DNA of 64,000 nucleotides from Methanotrichaceae archaeon (GTDB taxonomy: Archaea > Halobacteriota > Methanosarcinia > Methanotrichales > Methanotrichaceae): assembly GCA_963803145.1 (NCBI GenBank), contig CAWDLW010000018.1, positions 32,001 through 96,000 of the forward strand, read 5' to 3'. Position numbers and translations under genes: made by a program. This document shows, in pieces, positions 39,244 through 50,098 of this stretch. Position 1 is the stretch's first letter, and each line of letters starts with the position of its first letter. Under the pieces are notes generated by a model. It worked only from the letters and a program-made list of their open reading frames with translations, was not told the DNA's origin and made no database searches.

Positions 39244-39389
39244 ATGAAGTTCTCCCTTCAAACACTTGCCATGCACACTGCTGCCGAGAATATATGCATT
39301 TTGATAGTGAGGATACTTAAGGAGGGAATCGATGGGTTTATTACCCAAGGAAAGAAGGTTGTTGCCTACTCTTCGTGGGGTCTAAAGCT

Positions 39390-39800
39390 ATGGCTAGACT
39401 TGGTTTCGTTGTTTCTGAGTTCAATAGGGATATAACTTATCAGATGGAGCTGCTGGGCAGGGAGCATGCCAAATTCCTGGGAGCTGAAATCGTATCGACC
39501 ATCTATGTACCGGGCGTATATGATATGCCGATTGCTGTCAGGAAGCTCCTTCATAGAAGTGACATAGATGCTGTAGTAACAATTGGCTGTGTAATCCAAG
39601 GCGATACCGGGCATGATGAGATCGTAGCCCAGCATGCTGCGCGGAAGCTGATGGACCTATCACTGGAGTTTGATAAGCCTGTGACGCTGGGTATAACTGG
39701 CCCGAGGATGTCCAGGCCAGATGCCAATAAGCGCGTGGATTATGCCAAGAGAGCCGTCGAGGCGGCGGTTAAGCTGCTGGAGCGACTTGGTGGTGAATGA
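39390..39800 (+). CDS. ribH: 6,7-dimethyl-8-ribityllumazine synthase
   Basis: VVSEFNRDIT, VPGVYDMP, IGCVIQGDTGHDE, KPVTLGITGP. Confidence 0.96.
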   Translation: MARLGFVVSEFNRDITYQMELLGREHAKFLGAEIVSTIYVPGVYDMPIAVRKLLHRSDIDAVVTIGCVIQGDTGHDEIVAQHAARKLMDLSLEFDKPVTLGITGPRMSRPDANKRVDYAKRAVEAAVKLLERLGGE

Positions 39801-40938
39801 GTTGGTGTCCGCGAGGCTTGCATCCATTCAGGAGTCAACGACTCTCAAGATCTCAGCGATGGCAAAGAAGCTCAATGCGAGCGGGCTCGATGTAATAGAT
39901 ATGGGAGTTGGTGAGCCGGACTTCAATACTCCGAAGCATATTGTAGATGCTGGCTGCAACTCAATCAAAATGGGCGAGACGCATTATGCCCCCACTGCAG
40001 GCATACCTGAGCTTAGAGAGGCCATAGCAGAAAAGCTCTGTACCGAGAATAAGCTAAAAGTCACAGCAAACGATGTGGTCGCCACTCCAGGTGCAAAGAT
40101 GGCAGTCTTCTCCGCTATACAGGCACTGCTGGAGGAGGGCGATAATTGCGTTCTAATTGGGCCTTCCTGGGTGAGCTACGAGCCATGCATTGCTTTTGCT
40201 GGGGGCAAAGTATCCTGGGCAAAGGTGGATGAGAACTTCATGCCCCTCAATCTCGCTGATGCCATAACCCCGAAGACAAAAGTGATATTGGTGAATTCGC
40301 CCTCGAATCCTACGGGCGCGGTTTTTGATAGATCGATTCTTGAGGAGATTCGTGATTTAGCGTGCGACCATGATCTTTTTGTTATTACCGATGAGATCTA
40401 TGAGAAGATAATCTATGGACATGAACATATCAGCATTGGTTCATTGCCGGGAATGGAGGAGAGAACGGTTACCATAAACGGCTTCTCGAAGGCTTATGCA
40501 ATGACTGGCTGGAGGCTCGGCTACATGGCGGGACCAAAGGGAGTTCTGAAATGGGTAACGAGGCTTCTCTCTCATTCAGTCTCCCAGGCAACGACCTTTG
40601 TACAACGTGCAGGCGTAGCAGCTATACACGGGCCGCAGGACGAAGTCAAGGCCATGGTAAGGGAGTTTGAGGCTAGGAGGGATCTGCTTGTCTCGGGCCT
40701 ACGAGGCTTAGGTATAGGCTGCAATTTGCCTGGCGGCGCATTCTATGTGTTCCCAAATGTAGCAGAGTTAGGCGGAGGAGATGCCTTTACTGATAAGCTT
40801 TTAAAGGATGCACTGATTGCAGCAACGCCCGGATCTGCCTTTGGGCCATGTGGAAATGATTATGTGCGACTGTCCTATGCTATTTCCCAGGAGCGGCTGA
40901 GGACCGCACTGGAGAGGATTGAGAAGATACTGGGCTAA
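39793..40938 (+). CDS. PLP-dependent class I aminotransferase (aspartate aminotransferase-like)
   Basis: GEPDFNTP, NSPSNPTG, DEIYE, NGFSKAYAMTGWRLGY. Confidence 0.96.
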   Translation: MNELVSARLASIQESTTLKISAMAKKLNASGLDVIDMGVGEPDFNTPKHIVDAGCNSIKMGETHYAPTAGIPELREAIAEKLCTENKLKVTANDVVATPGAKMAVFSAIQALLEEGDNCVLIGPSWVSYEPCIAFAGGKVSWAKVDENFMPLNLADAITPKTKVILVNSPSNPTGAVFDRSILEEIRDLACDHDLFVITDEIYEKIIYGHEHISIGSLPGMEERTVTINGFSKAYAMTGWRLGYMAGPKGVLKWVTRLLSHSVSQATTFVQRAGVAAIHGPQDEVKAMVREFEARRDLLVSGLRGLGIGCNLPGGAFYVFPNVAELGGGDAFTDKLLKDALIAATPGSAFGPCGNDYVRLSYAISQERLRTALERIEKILG

Positions 40939-41126
40939 AAAAGGATAATACTATAATTGGGAAATTGCCAATTTTCCAAACCAAAATGTTTTTCTTTTAT
41001 CGTTCTATAATTTAATCCTGGTTGCGCCAGTAGAATTTACATGGCATTGCTACAATATATCCCAATCAAATCGTAACCGCTATAGATTGCTCAAAGCTAT
41101 AAATACAGCCCATCATATCCATATGC

Positions 41127-41678
41127 ATGTCCGGGGAAACTAATGCAGTACGTATAGTCGCAGAGCTTATGGCGCTCTCCGCCCGCACGGCTCCCAAAGG
41201 AAGAGGGCAAGATTCGATAGTAATAAGATTAGTAATAGGTGAGGATTTGTTAAGGCTCGCCGGAGAGATGCGCCGACTGGGCGAGGCAACTGGCATCAAG
41301 ATACTGCTGAGGGATGGGGGCAACATGGATAAGAGCGATGCATGTGTCTTGATCGGATGCATAAGCGCGGATATTGCGGGTCTTGATTGTGGCGGCTGCG
41401 GTTTTGCTACATGCAAAGATATGCTTTCGGCTCAAAAGGCAAATGCCTCCCAGAAGAAGCTGTTCCGAGGCCCGAACTGTATCATTAAAATGGCGGATCT
41501 TGGGATTGCCTTAGGCTCCGCCGCCAAGACTGCAAGCATTCATAATGTGGACAATCGCATTATGTTCACTGCCGGAGTTGGCGCACTGTCCCTTGGGTGG
41601 ATGGAAGGCTGCAATGTAGCCTACGGGATTCCTTTGAAAGCGGCAGGAAAGAGCATTTATTTCGATCGATCTGTTTGA
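41127..41678 (+). CDS. DUF2148 ferredoxin-domain protein
   Basis: ARTAPKGRG, DCGGCGFATC, DLGIALGSA...VDNRIM...GKSIYFDR. Confidence 0.9.
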   Translation: MSGETNAVRIVAELMALSARTAPKGRGQDSIVIRLVIGEDLLRLAGEMRRLGEATGIKILLRDGGNMDKSDACVLIGCISADIAGLDCGGCGFATCKDMLSAQKANASQKKLFRGPNCIIKMADLGIALGSAAKTASIHNVDNRIMFTAGVGALSLGWMEGCNVAYGIPLKAAGKSIYFDRSV

Positions 41679-41692
41679 AACAGGCAGATTAG

Positions 41693-41764
41693 GGAGCCAT
41701 AAAAGTCATAAAAGTTACAGAAGTTATAGAAGCTACAGGAGTCATAGGAGTTATAGGAGTTATA
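41693..41764 (+). repeat. 8 x 9-bp degenerate tandem repeat (RRAGYYAYA) abutting the next start codon
   Basis: GGAGCCATA AAAGTCATA AAAGTTACA GAAGTTATA GAAGCTACA GGAGTCATA GGAGTTATA GGAGTTATA, then ATG. Confidence 0.9.
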
Positions 41765-42844
41765 ATGACCAAAATGAAGATACGCGGCGGTGACCTAGAT
41801 CTCGTCGAGTATGAGTTTGCGCCCTTCCGGCCAGGGGAGAATATCAACACCTTGGGGCTTGAGAAGGATTATAAGCTCACCCCCTGTGAAGGCATAGTCA
41901 GAGTCATTACACCTGGGAGAATTCACCTCACAGTGCTTGATATGAACCGCTTTGCTCCCAATAGGCCTGGCGGCGGTGGGGTCGGCTTTGCCCTACAGAT
42001 ATACTGCACTGCAGAGGTCGAATGCATACCATCAGGCCTTGAGATCGATTACTCAAGGGAGCCGATAATCCGCCATTTTGCAGAGGTTTTCAGAAAGACC
42101 GTCGGCTACAATGGCGGATTTAAAATAAAAGTCCGGGATCACCAGAAGAAGCACGTAGGCCTCGGCTCAACCGGCTCTGTTCTGCTGGCGCTTGCACATG
42201 CAATGAACACCGCGCTTAGCTCGCCCTTAAATTCAGAGCAGATTCGTCTTATTCTCGGCAATAATTATATCGAGGAGACTGATGATGGCCGAGTAACTTT
42301 GGGTTTTGAAACTGGAGTAGGCCCCGCAGCTGCAACCTATGGCGGCATGGTAATCACTGGCGATGGACTGGCACTCGCATATCGCCATAAATTCGCAGAG
42401 GAGAAGAACGTATTCATAATCATCCCAACAACAGAGGTTTCATCAGCTGGCAGATCTGAGTTTGATCTTTTAATGAACCGCGCCAGGAATCTCGATTATC
42501 AGGATAGAGAGCTGAAAGCATACCTTCTGCTCATGGACCTTATCCCAGCCCTTGAGAGAGATGATCTAAGGAAGATTGGCGATGTCATATGGGAGATAGA
42601 GTTCAGAGGATCAAAGAGAGCTGAGGTAGAGCATCATAGCTTTAAGATTTACCACTATATGAGCCAGCTTCGAGAGAGCGGCCTTGAGTTCGTGGGCATG
42701 AGCTCTGTTGGGCCATCTATTGCCATTGTAACTGAAAGAAGCGAGAAGGATATCACAGATCTGATAAACCCCATGGGCTTAAAGGTCGCGATAGCTACTA
42801 AAGTCGATAACGAAGGGCTAAAGATCATAAGACCTGAGGACTAA
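41765..42844 (+). CDS. GHMP kinase superfamily, beta-RFA-P synthase-like (methanopterin biosynthesis)
   Basis: PGRIHLTVLDMN...GGGVG, HVGLGSTG, GMSSVGP. Confidence 0.82.
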   Translation: MTKMKIRGGDLDLVEYEFAPFRPGENINTLGLEKDYKLTPCEGIVRVITPGRIHLTVLDMNRFAPNRPGGGGVGFALQIYCTAEVECIPSGLEIDYSREPIIRHFAEVFRKTVGYNGGFKIKVRDHQKKHVGLGSTGSVLLALAHAMNTALSSPLNSEQIRLILGNNYIEETDDGRVTLGFETGVGPAAATYGGMVITGDGLALAYRHKFAEEKNVFIIIPTTEVSSAGRSEFDLLMNRARNLDYQDRELKAYLLLMDLIPALERDDLRKIGDVIWEIEFRGSKRAEVEHHSFKIYHYMSQLRESGLEFVGMSSVGPSIAIVTERSEKDITDLINPMGLKVAIATKVDNEGLKIIRPED

Positions 42845-42867
42845 GCGAGCTGAAAGAAGTACGATTA

Positions 42868-44265
42868 CTGTACTCTCCAAGTTTCTCACCAATTTATAAT
42901 CTCCATTCTATATCAAGTCATATCTTATATCCCTGTTCTTTGATTAGATAGAGTAAACCACTATCAGGAACTGGCAAATTAAAGTATTGTAATACATATA
43001 TAAAGGCATCAATGAATGCTTGAGCCTTTATACTATCTATCATATCTCCAATCGTTCTATTTTGTTGATTTCTTTCCACTGGTGGGTTTTTGAGTTCATA
43101 TAAAACGATAGCTGTCCAGACTGAGAAAACCATCTGAATAAATCTTTCAATTGATCGTTTTCCTCTTAATTGATAATCCTTGAATCCCAATTTTTGATTT
43201 GACTCTCTATGAGCAGTCTCAATATCCCACCTATCCTCATAAATAGAAAGGATTTCTACCAAAGATAGTGAACAATTGGTGCTAATAAAGTAGTTGGCGT
43301 CACCATTTTTCTTTTTCTTTGAGATGACTAGCTTTACTTTGCCAATCTTATCTAAGATGACTTCTTTTTCGATTGCATAATATACCTTCTTCTTGCCGCG
43401 AACTTGGACTGTAGTTCTTCTATAATAAATTTCGTCAATCTGATTTGCCAAGTCCCTGACCTGAAAGGACATATCCTTATTTATCCATACCTTTTTATTA
43501 GACTTAATTTCACAAACGACTTGATGACCTAAGTTCAGGCATTTAGTTATAAAATCAGCAGAAAACCACCAGCTGTCGAAAACAACATAAAGACTCAAGC
43601 CTTTTGGTATTTTTAAGGGCTCGATGATATCTTTATAAGCGATTTCTATTTTAGTCATGAAATCTTCACTGCTGTCTATCTCTTTAGTATACATTTTTGC
43701 TTTATGTGGTATAAATATACCTCTAGATTGGAGGACTGAGGTAACAAAGTTGTTACCCATAATATAGTCATCTTTGCAATGATCGTAAAACTTGCCCACG
43801 CCATCAGTACATTTCCCTTCCTTTTCATTATATGTATCGTCTATAATTAATAATATTTTGTCGCTTGCACTTAACTGAAGAGCTTCTATAAATAGATCCG
43901 CACTGCGCTGAGCTACTTCGTTCTCATCCCAGATTGCATCACTAAAGAACCAATTATAGGAAGAGCGTGATTTCGTACATTCTCGATCCTTTGCCATAGC
44001 ATCACTAAGGTGTGCGATGGTCTTAGATTTATCACATACGCTCAGTGCTGAAATCATATCACAGAAAGAATTATAGCTCGGTATGGTGAATAAATCTTTA
44101 AATTCTTTTAGAAATGGCTCTAACTGTAATGGAATCTTAACTAATTTGATCATGACATAGTAAAATACTTTTATAAATAAATCTATTTTGTATCAAGAAT
44201 TAATTTTAATGGTAAAAGAAAATATAGCTATAAATATAAAGCTATGAAAAAGTTGGAGAGTACAG
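42868..44265 (-). mobile_element. IS701-like insertion sequence, 1398 bp
   Basis: 17-bp TIR CTGTACTCTCCAA(G/C)TTT; 8-bp TSD TACGATTA (42860-42867 / 44266-44273). Confidence 0.93.
42918..44153 (-). CDS. DDE transposase (IS701-like)
   Basis: LIIDDT..K.G, VVFDSWW, YEDRWDIETAHRE..QKLGFKDYQLR. Confidence 0.93.
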   Translation of the reverse strand: MIKLVKIPLQLEPFLKEFKDLFTIPSYNSFCDMISALSVCDKSKTIAHLSDAMAKDRECTKSRSSYNWFFSDAIWDENEVAQRSADLFIEALQLSASDKILLIIDDTYNEKEGKCTDGVGKFYDHCKDDYIMGNNFVTSVLQSRGIFIPHKAKMYTKEIDSSEDFMTKIEIAYKDIIEPLKIPKGLSLYVVFDSWWFSADFITKCLNLGHQVVCEIKSNKKVWINKDMSFQVRDLANQIDEIYYRRTTVQVRGKKKVYYAIEKEVILDKIGKVKLVISKKKKNGDANYFISTNCSLSLVEILSIYEDRWDIETAHRESNQKLGFKDYQLRGKRSIERFIQMVFSVWTAIVLYELKNPPVERNQQNRTIGDMIDSIKAQAFIDAFIYVLQYFNLPVPDSGLLYLIKEQGYKI

Positions 44266-44480
44266 TACGATTATATACAAAGGAAAATTACATACAATCC
44301 AACCTTATACCTGAAAAGGAGTTAATAGGAATCTCGATTAAAAAGTAGTATATTATTTTTATGATATATTGGAGTACCTCCAAAGGGTTTAATGTTCGTA
44401 AAGCGTAGACATCAATCACAGACTTTTAGTACTTAATAATTGAATCAGCTAGCAATATTATTGGCCTATGGGATAGGGAT

Positions 44481-47400
44481 ATGAGGACCACTAGACTTAG
44501 CTCGCATCAAACAGCTTTGATTGCTTTCATCGTTCTGCTGATTATATGGTGGCAAGCGAGCATGTTCTACCAGTCCCAACTAATTTTGGATAAGCAGGAT
44601 CAGGTCTATTCGCAGCTGGATCCTTATGGAAATGCATTAACTATAGCGATAAACCAACGCATTGATACGCTCAACGGCATAGAGGCATTTGTAAATTCAG
44701 AGATGTATCCCTCCGACTCATCATTTGAAACTAAATTCGAAAGATTCGCTAGTAGTGTTCACAACAAAAGTGATGGAATCAGGAACATAGCTGTGGCTCC
44801 AGGAGGAATAGCCAGCTATGTTTACCCCATGAAGGGAAACGAAATCGTTAAGGGTGCCGATTTCTTGCATAGCCCCGAGCCCAAGTATCGCGTTGAAATG
44901 CAAAAAGCCATCGAATTGCATCGTGTAGTTCTGAGCGTTCCTCACCAAATGAAAATTGGGACGCTCGGAATTTTCGCACGGAAAGCCATCTACAGAAATA
45001 ATACCTTCTGGGGGATTATATCATTGGTCCTCGATATTCCTCCAATCATCAAATCAACGGGGTTAAGCTCCAGCACAAACAACTTGGAGCTTGCATTGCG
45101 TGATAGTTCAAAACAGGTATTTTTCGGAAAGGTTTCAGTCTTTAATGCAAGTCCCATCATTTACAGCATTAAGCTTCCAGATGGCAACTGGGAACTGGCA
45201 GGAATACCCACTGGCGGCTGGAATAAATCCATCGAAGAACCTCTAATGTTATTTCAGGCCTCTGGACTGATCATTGTGGTTCTTCTGACATGTCTCATAT
45301 ATTTTATCAGCAGCCGTCAGCATTTTCTATCAATGGCCGTAAAGAAGCAGACATCAGATTTACAAAGAGAGCTTACTGAGCGAATGACCGCCCAGGATGC
45401 GCTTCGAGATTCTGAGGAGATATATCGGCTGGTTGTAGAAAATGCCAATGAAATGATAGTTATCGCTCAGGATGGACTTCTTAAGTTCTTTAATCGTAAA
45501 ACAATCGATTTTACTGGTTATTCAAGAGAAGAACTGATATCCAAAACTTTTTCAGAAATAATCCACCCCGAAGATAGGGAAAAAGTTGCCAAGAACCACC
45601 TGAAAAGACTCAAGGGAGAGGATATCCCAGGGACATATGATTTCAGGATTATTGATAAAAAAGGACGGATCAAGTGGGTAGAGATCAATGCTGTATTGAT
45701 AACATGGCTCGGACAGCCAGCCACATTGAACTTCTTGAATGATATCACTGAGCGTAAACATGCAGAGGAGGAGCTATATAGAAAAGACCATCTGCTCGGA
45801 GGAGTAGCCCTCGCCACAAACATCCTTCTCACTGAAACGAATATAGATTCTGCGATCACTCAAACTCTGGAGATTCTAGGCGCATCCGCAGATGCAGACA
45901 GGGTTTACATCTTCGAGAACCGTGAATCTGGAAATGATGAATATCTTGCAGATCAGCGTTATGAATGGGTCAGAGACATTGGCCAGCCTTCAAAGGATAA
46001 ATCCGATTCCAGGAGCTTTGCCTATTACCCGGCTATGCCCCGTTGGTATGACAAGCTTTCGATAGGATATCCTATCAAAGGCTTGGTTCGAGAATTTCCT
46101 GAATCTGAAAGGAAGACGCTTGAGCATGAAAATATTGTATCTCTCTTGGCTATTCCAATCTTTGTAGCAGGCAAGTTCTGGGGTTTTATCGGCTTCGATG
46201 ATTGCCACTTTGAGCGTGCCTGGACGGGAGCTTACGTATCTATTCTTCAGGCCGCCGCGACCTCTATAGGCGGAGCAATTGCCCGAAGGCAGGCGGAAAA
46301 TAGCCTTAGAAAAGCCAAAGAGGCTGCGGAGTCCGCAACTATAGCCAAATCAGAGTTCCTCGCAAATATGAGCCACGAGATAAGGACTCCGTTAAATGCA
46401 GTTATTGGCCTAACTGGGCTACTTCTAAGAACTGACCTGACCCAAGAACAATCTGATTATGTAGAAACTATTAGAAGCAGCGGTGATTCACTACTATCGC
46501 TTATAAACGATATTCTGGATTTTTCGAAGATAGATAGCGGCAAAATGGAGCTCGAATCCCAGCCGTTTGATCTGCGTTCTTGCATCGAGGACTCCCTAAA
46601 TTTGGTGGCTACGAAGGCGTCTGAGAAAGGCATAGACCTGGCCTATATCATCGACAGCAGCACTCCTGAAATAATTATGGGCGATCCTACAAGACTTCGC
46701 CAGATATTGGTCAACTTACTTAGCAATGCAGTCAAGTTCACAGAAAAAGGCAAAGTAACAATATCAGTCTCTGGCCGGAAGCTTGAGGACAGCAACCATG
46801 AAATCCACTTTGCGATTACAGATACTGGGATCGGTATCCCAAAGGATAGAATAAGCCTCCTTTTCCAATCATTCAGCCAGGTTGATGCCTCCACTACACG
46901 TAAATATGGCGGGACGGGACTTGGCCTAGCCATAAGCAAGCACCTCGTCGAATTGATGGGTGGAAAGATTTGGGCTGAATCAGAGATAGGTAAGGGTTCC
47001 ACCTTCCATTTCACGATTCAGGCTGCAAATACAACCATAAAGCCCAATGGTTCTCAAACAGCTGTTACTCAGGTTCAGCTTGATCCGAAATTAGGCCAAT
47101 CAAATCCTCTGCGTATCCTTCTTGCAGAGGATAATGCAGTAAACCAGAAGGTTGCGAGGTCGATGCTCAAGAAGATCGGATATGAAGCGGATGTTGCTGC
47201 CAATGGGCTTGAAGTGCTCCAGGCATTAGAGCGTCAGCCCTATGATGTGGTTCTTATGGATGTGCAGATGCCAGAGATGGATGGCATTGAGGCAGCCAGA
47301 AGGATACGCGAGCGATGGCATAATGGGCCGAAGATCATTGCTATCACTGCCTACGCCCTTGAGGGTGATAGGGATAGATGCCTCAACGCAGGAATGGATG

Positions 47401-47486
47401 ATTACATAAGCAAACCCATAAAGATAGAAGAGCTGCAGAGCAAACTTATTAAGATAGGCATCGGCAATAGGAAATCCAAGCTCTAA
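44481..47486 (+). CDS. Hybrid sensor histidine kinase (CHASE-PAS-GAF-HisKA-HATPase-REC)
   Basis: Two TM segments; FLANMSHEIRTPLN; NLLSNAVKFT; GGTGLGLAI; LLAEDN...DVVLMDVQMPEMDG...ISKP. Confidence 0.97.
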   Translation: MRTTRLSSHQTALIAFIVLLIIWWQASMFYQSQLILDKQDQVYSQLDPYGNALTIAINQRIDTLNGIEAFVNSEMYPSDSSFETKFERFASSVHNKSDGIRNIAVAPGGIASYVYPMKGNEIVKGADFLHSPEPKYRVEMQKAIELHRVVLSVPHQMKIGTLGIFARKAIYRNNTFWGIISLVLDIPPIIKSTGLSSSTNNLELALRDSSKQVFFGKVSVFNASPIIYSIKLPDGNWELAGIPTGGWNKSIEEPLMLFQASGLIIVVLLTCLIYFISSRQHFLSMAVKKQTSDLQRELTERMTAQDALRDSEEIYRLVVENANEMIVIAQDGLLKFFNRKTIDFTGYSREELISKTFSEIIHPEDREKVAKNHLKRLKGEDIPGTYDFRIIDKKGRIKWVEINAVLITWLGQPATLNFLNDITERKHAEEELYRKDHLLGGVALATNILLTETNIDSAITQTLEILGASADADRVYIFENRESGNDEYLADQRYEWVRDIGQPSKDKSDSRSFAYYPAMPRWYDKLSIGYPIKGLVREFPESERKTLEHENIVSLLAIPIFVAGKFWGFIGFDDCHFERAWTGAYVSILQAAATSIGGAIARRQAENSLRKAKEAAESATIAKSEFLANMSHEIRTPLNAVIGLTGLLLRTDLTQEQSDYVETIRSSGDSLLSLINDILDFSKIDSGKMELESQPFDLRSCIEDSLNLVATKASEKGIDLAYIIDSSTPEIIMGDPTRLRQILVNLLSNAVKFTEKGKVTISVSGRKLEDSNHEIHFAITDTGIGIPKDRISLLFQSFSQVDASTTRKYGGTGLGLAISKHLVELMGGKIWAESEIGKGSTFHFTIQAANTTIKPNGSQTAVTQVQLDPKLGQSNPLRILLAEDNAVNQKVARSMLKKIGYEADVAANGLEVLQALERQPYDVVLMDVQMPEMDGIEAARRIRERWHNGPKIIAITAYALEGDRDRCLNAGMDDYISKPIKIEELQSKLIKIGIGNRKSKL

Positions 47487-47735
47487 TCGTAATCCTATAT
47501 GAAATTCTATATAAAATTCGATATCAGCATTTAGATGATTCTGTAAAAGAGTTTCGTGTGCTGCTGCTGCTTTATGGGGGCGGTGATGACAGAAGAACCG
47601 CTATTCTTAAACTACCATCTCCGTTGCAGCAGCCCTATATACAACAGTTCCCTCCCTGCTAACCTCAACCCACTAACCTTAATATCCTCGCTAACTTTAA
47701 TAAAGAGGGCTGCAAAGTGCTTTATGTGGAATTAT

Positions 47736-48986
47736 ATGTCCTTCGAGATTGAAAGCATTCATGCTCGTGAGATACTTGATTCACGAGGAAATCCAACTGT
47801 GGAAGTCGATCTCTATACCTGCTGCGGCTTCGGAAGGGCCGCTGTTCCCTCTGGTGCGTCCACTGGAACCCACGAGGCCCTTGAGCTTCGTGATGGAGGA
47901 GATAGATACGATGGCAAAGGCGTTCTGCAGGCGGTTAAGAATGTTAATGAGGTAATTGCTCCAAAGCTCATAGGAATGAATGCCTCAGCCCAGAGAGAGA
48001 TCGATAATTTTATGATCGAGCTTGACGGCACGCCGAACAAGTCCAACCTGGGTGCAAATGCAATTCTGGGCGTATCTCTGGCAGCCGCAAAAGCAGCCGC
48101 CATGTCCTCAGGATCACAGCTCTACAAATACCTTGGCGGCGTAAATACCAACAGGATCCCTGTCCCTTCCTTCAATGTTCTGAACGGCGGACAGCATGCA
48201 GGAAATGAGCTTGCAATTCAGGAGTTCATGATTCTGCCTACGGGAGCCCCAAGCTTCAGCGAAGGTCTCAGAATGGCTGCCGAGACTTATCATGCACTTG
48301 GCAAGATACTCAAGGGCAAATATGGCGTAGGGGCGACAAACGTAGGCTTTGAGGGAGGCTTTGCCCCGCCACTCTCCAAGACACGTGATGCGCTTGATGC
48401 CATTATGAGCGCCTTGGATGCATCCGGCTACAGCGATGAGATCAAAATTGGAATCGATGCTGCAGCCTCAAGTTTCTATATGGATGGCGGCTACTCAATC
48501 GATGGCGACAGGCTGACAGGAAAGGAGCTTGCCGATTATTACGATGATCTTGTGAAGACCTATCCTATAGTTTCCCTTGAGGACCCCTTTGAGGAGGATG
48601 GATTCGAGGATTTTGCAAGGCTTAGGGCTATGCTCCCGGATACAATAATAATCGGAGACGATCTCTACGTTACAAACGTTACGAGAATCGAAAAGGGCAT
48701 ACAGATGTGTGCCACCAATGCCCTGCTGCTCAAGCTCAACCAGATAGGCTCCGTATCTGAGGCATTCGATGCAGCCCGCATGGCTTTCCGGGCAGGCTGG
48801 AAGGTCATGGCCAGCCACCGATCGGCGGAGACTGAGGACTCTGCACTGGCAGATGTGTCTGTCGCACTTGGCTGCGAGCTGCTCAAGACAGGAGCTCCTG
48901 CAAGATCCGAGAGGACTGCGAAGTACAACCAGCTCCTTAGAATTCAGGAGGAGTTGGGAGGCGCGGCAACCTACGCAAAGATCTGA
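47736..48986 (+). CDS. eno: Enolase
   Basis: AREILDSRGNPTVEV, VPSGASTG.HEALELRDG, LLKLNQIG, SHRSAETED, ERTAKYNQLLRI. Confidence 0.98.
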   Translation: MSFEIESIHAREILDSRGNPTVEVDLYTCCGFGRAAVPSGASTGTHEALELRDGGDRYDGKGVLQAVKNVNEVIAPKLIGMNASAQREIDNFMIELDGTPNKSNLGANAILGVSLAAAKAAAMSSGSQLYKYLGGVNTNRIPVPSFNVLNGGQHAGNELAIQEFMILPTGAPSFSEGLRMAAETYHALGKILKGKYGVGATNVGFEGGFAPPLSKTRDALDAIMSALDASGYSDEIKIGIDAAASSFYMDGGYSIDGDRLTGKELADYYDDLVKTYPIVSLEDPFEEDGFEDFARLRAMLPDTIIIGDDLYVTNVTRIEKGIQMCATNALLLKLNQIGSVSEAFDAARMAFRAGWKVMASHRSAETEDSALADVSVALGCELLKTGAPARSERTAKYNQLLRIQEELGGAATYAKI

Positions 48987-49157
48987 GGATCTGAGCGCCT
49001 ATCTATCGATTGTGGTGGGCTTATATGCCCGCCATAAATATTGCATCGTTTGTTATGGACGGTTATCATAAATTATTTTAGTTAATAGTGCTGGCAGCAA
49101 TGTCATCAGATTGACCACTCGAAAGATCTATAGTAGATCAACACTTTGGAGGAGACT

Positions 49158-49475
49158 ATGGATTACCCATTCAAGAGAGGCTTCAAGCCCGATATCGAGA
49201 GAATTCGAATGGCTCTGGTGGAGGAGTTCCCAACTGAGATCCGCCAGGAGGAGGAAAAGCTTATCCTCAACTACGGCGCCATGAAGAGCATTGCTGTCTG
49301 GATCGAGAACAAGCGGCTGAACGTAGTAACGGAATCTACGCAAGGCTTAAGCGACAGCGTCATTTTAGATACAAATAAACGATTCAGAGATTTCCTTGAG
49401 AAGGCTACGGGCTACACCGCCAAGCAGAGGCTTCAGATGGCGAAGAAGGAGGTTTCAAAGGGAAAGGAGGATTAA
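49158..49475 (+). CDS. Conserved archaeal protein (DUF5611-like)
   Basis: MDYPFKRGFKPD...YGA...FRDFLEKATGYTAKQR. Confidence 0.8.
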   Translation: MDYPFKRGFKPDIERIRMALVEEFPTEIRQEEEKLILNYGAMKSIAVWIENKRLNVVTESTQGLSDSVILDTNKRFRDFLEKATGYTAKQRLQMAKKEVSKGKED

Positions 49476-49554
49476 GCTGTATCTTTCTCTTTAATGTAAG
49501 GATGATTCGTTTATCTTATCTCCAACAACCATATCGCCTGCTTTCCAGAACATT

Positions 49555-49785
49555 CCCCCAGCGAGGGGTTAGGGGCAGCCCGCGCGGCGACTGAGCGCGC
49601 TAGGAAGAACATTAGGTTTAGTTCCAAAATGCAGAGCGCCAGAAAAATAGCTTAGGCACTATCTTTTGCAGTAATTCTATTCATTTTCCACTTCACATTC
49701 CGGAGCGCCCGCGAGTCGCTTCGCTCCCGCGCTAGCTAAAACGGGGCTGTCGCTCAGTCGCCGCGACGGGCTAACGCCCTCCGGG
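49555..49785. repeat. GC-rich fold-back element
   Basis: AGCCCGCGCGGCGACTGAGCG (49577-49597) inverted at 49751-49772; outer GAGGGGTTAG / CTAACGCCCTC; internal GCGAGTCGCTTCGCTCCCGC hairpin. Confidence 0.75.
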
Positions 49786-49839
49786 ACGGTTCATATGAGG
49801 AGGTACAGGCAGGTTGGTTGACTACCCTTATTGTACAGT

Positions 49840-49869
49840 GATTTCTGATTTCCATTATAATCAGAAATT
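49840..49869 (+). other. Site A, copy 3
   Basis: GATTTCTGATT-TCCATTAT-AATCAGAAATT; the inner 10-bp arms form a perfect inverted repeat. Confidence 0.75.
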
Positions 49870-50098
49870 CCAAACTCGTTGGCTTACGTTCAGAGAATAA
49901 GAAGATCCAAAACATACTGACCGCTCTGCTCAAAAATTGGTATACATGTCATCTACCAAAACTATATCGTTAGTTACATCATTTGGCTACAATAGAAACG
50001 CATAGATGTTGCAAACCATCAAATAGGTGATGGGAATATGGTAAAATTGTTATAGTGGATATGGTACAAAATGCAAAGCATGTGGTAAGCAAGTAAGC

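Noticed and set aside
47556-47735. Cys-rich N-terminal extension of enolase
   Set aside because: The conserved enolase sequence starts at MSFEIESIHAREILDSRG (47736).
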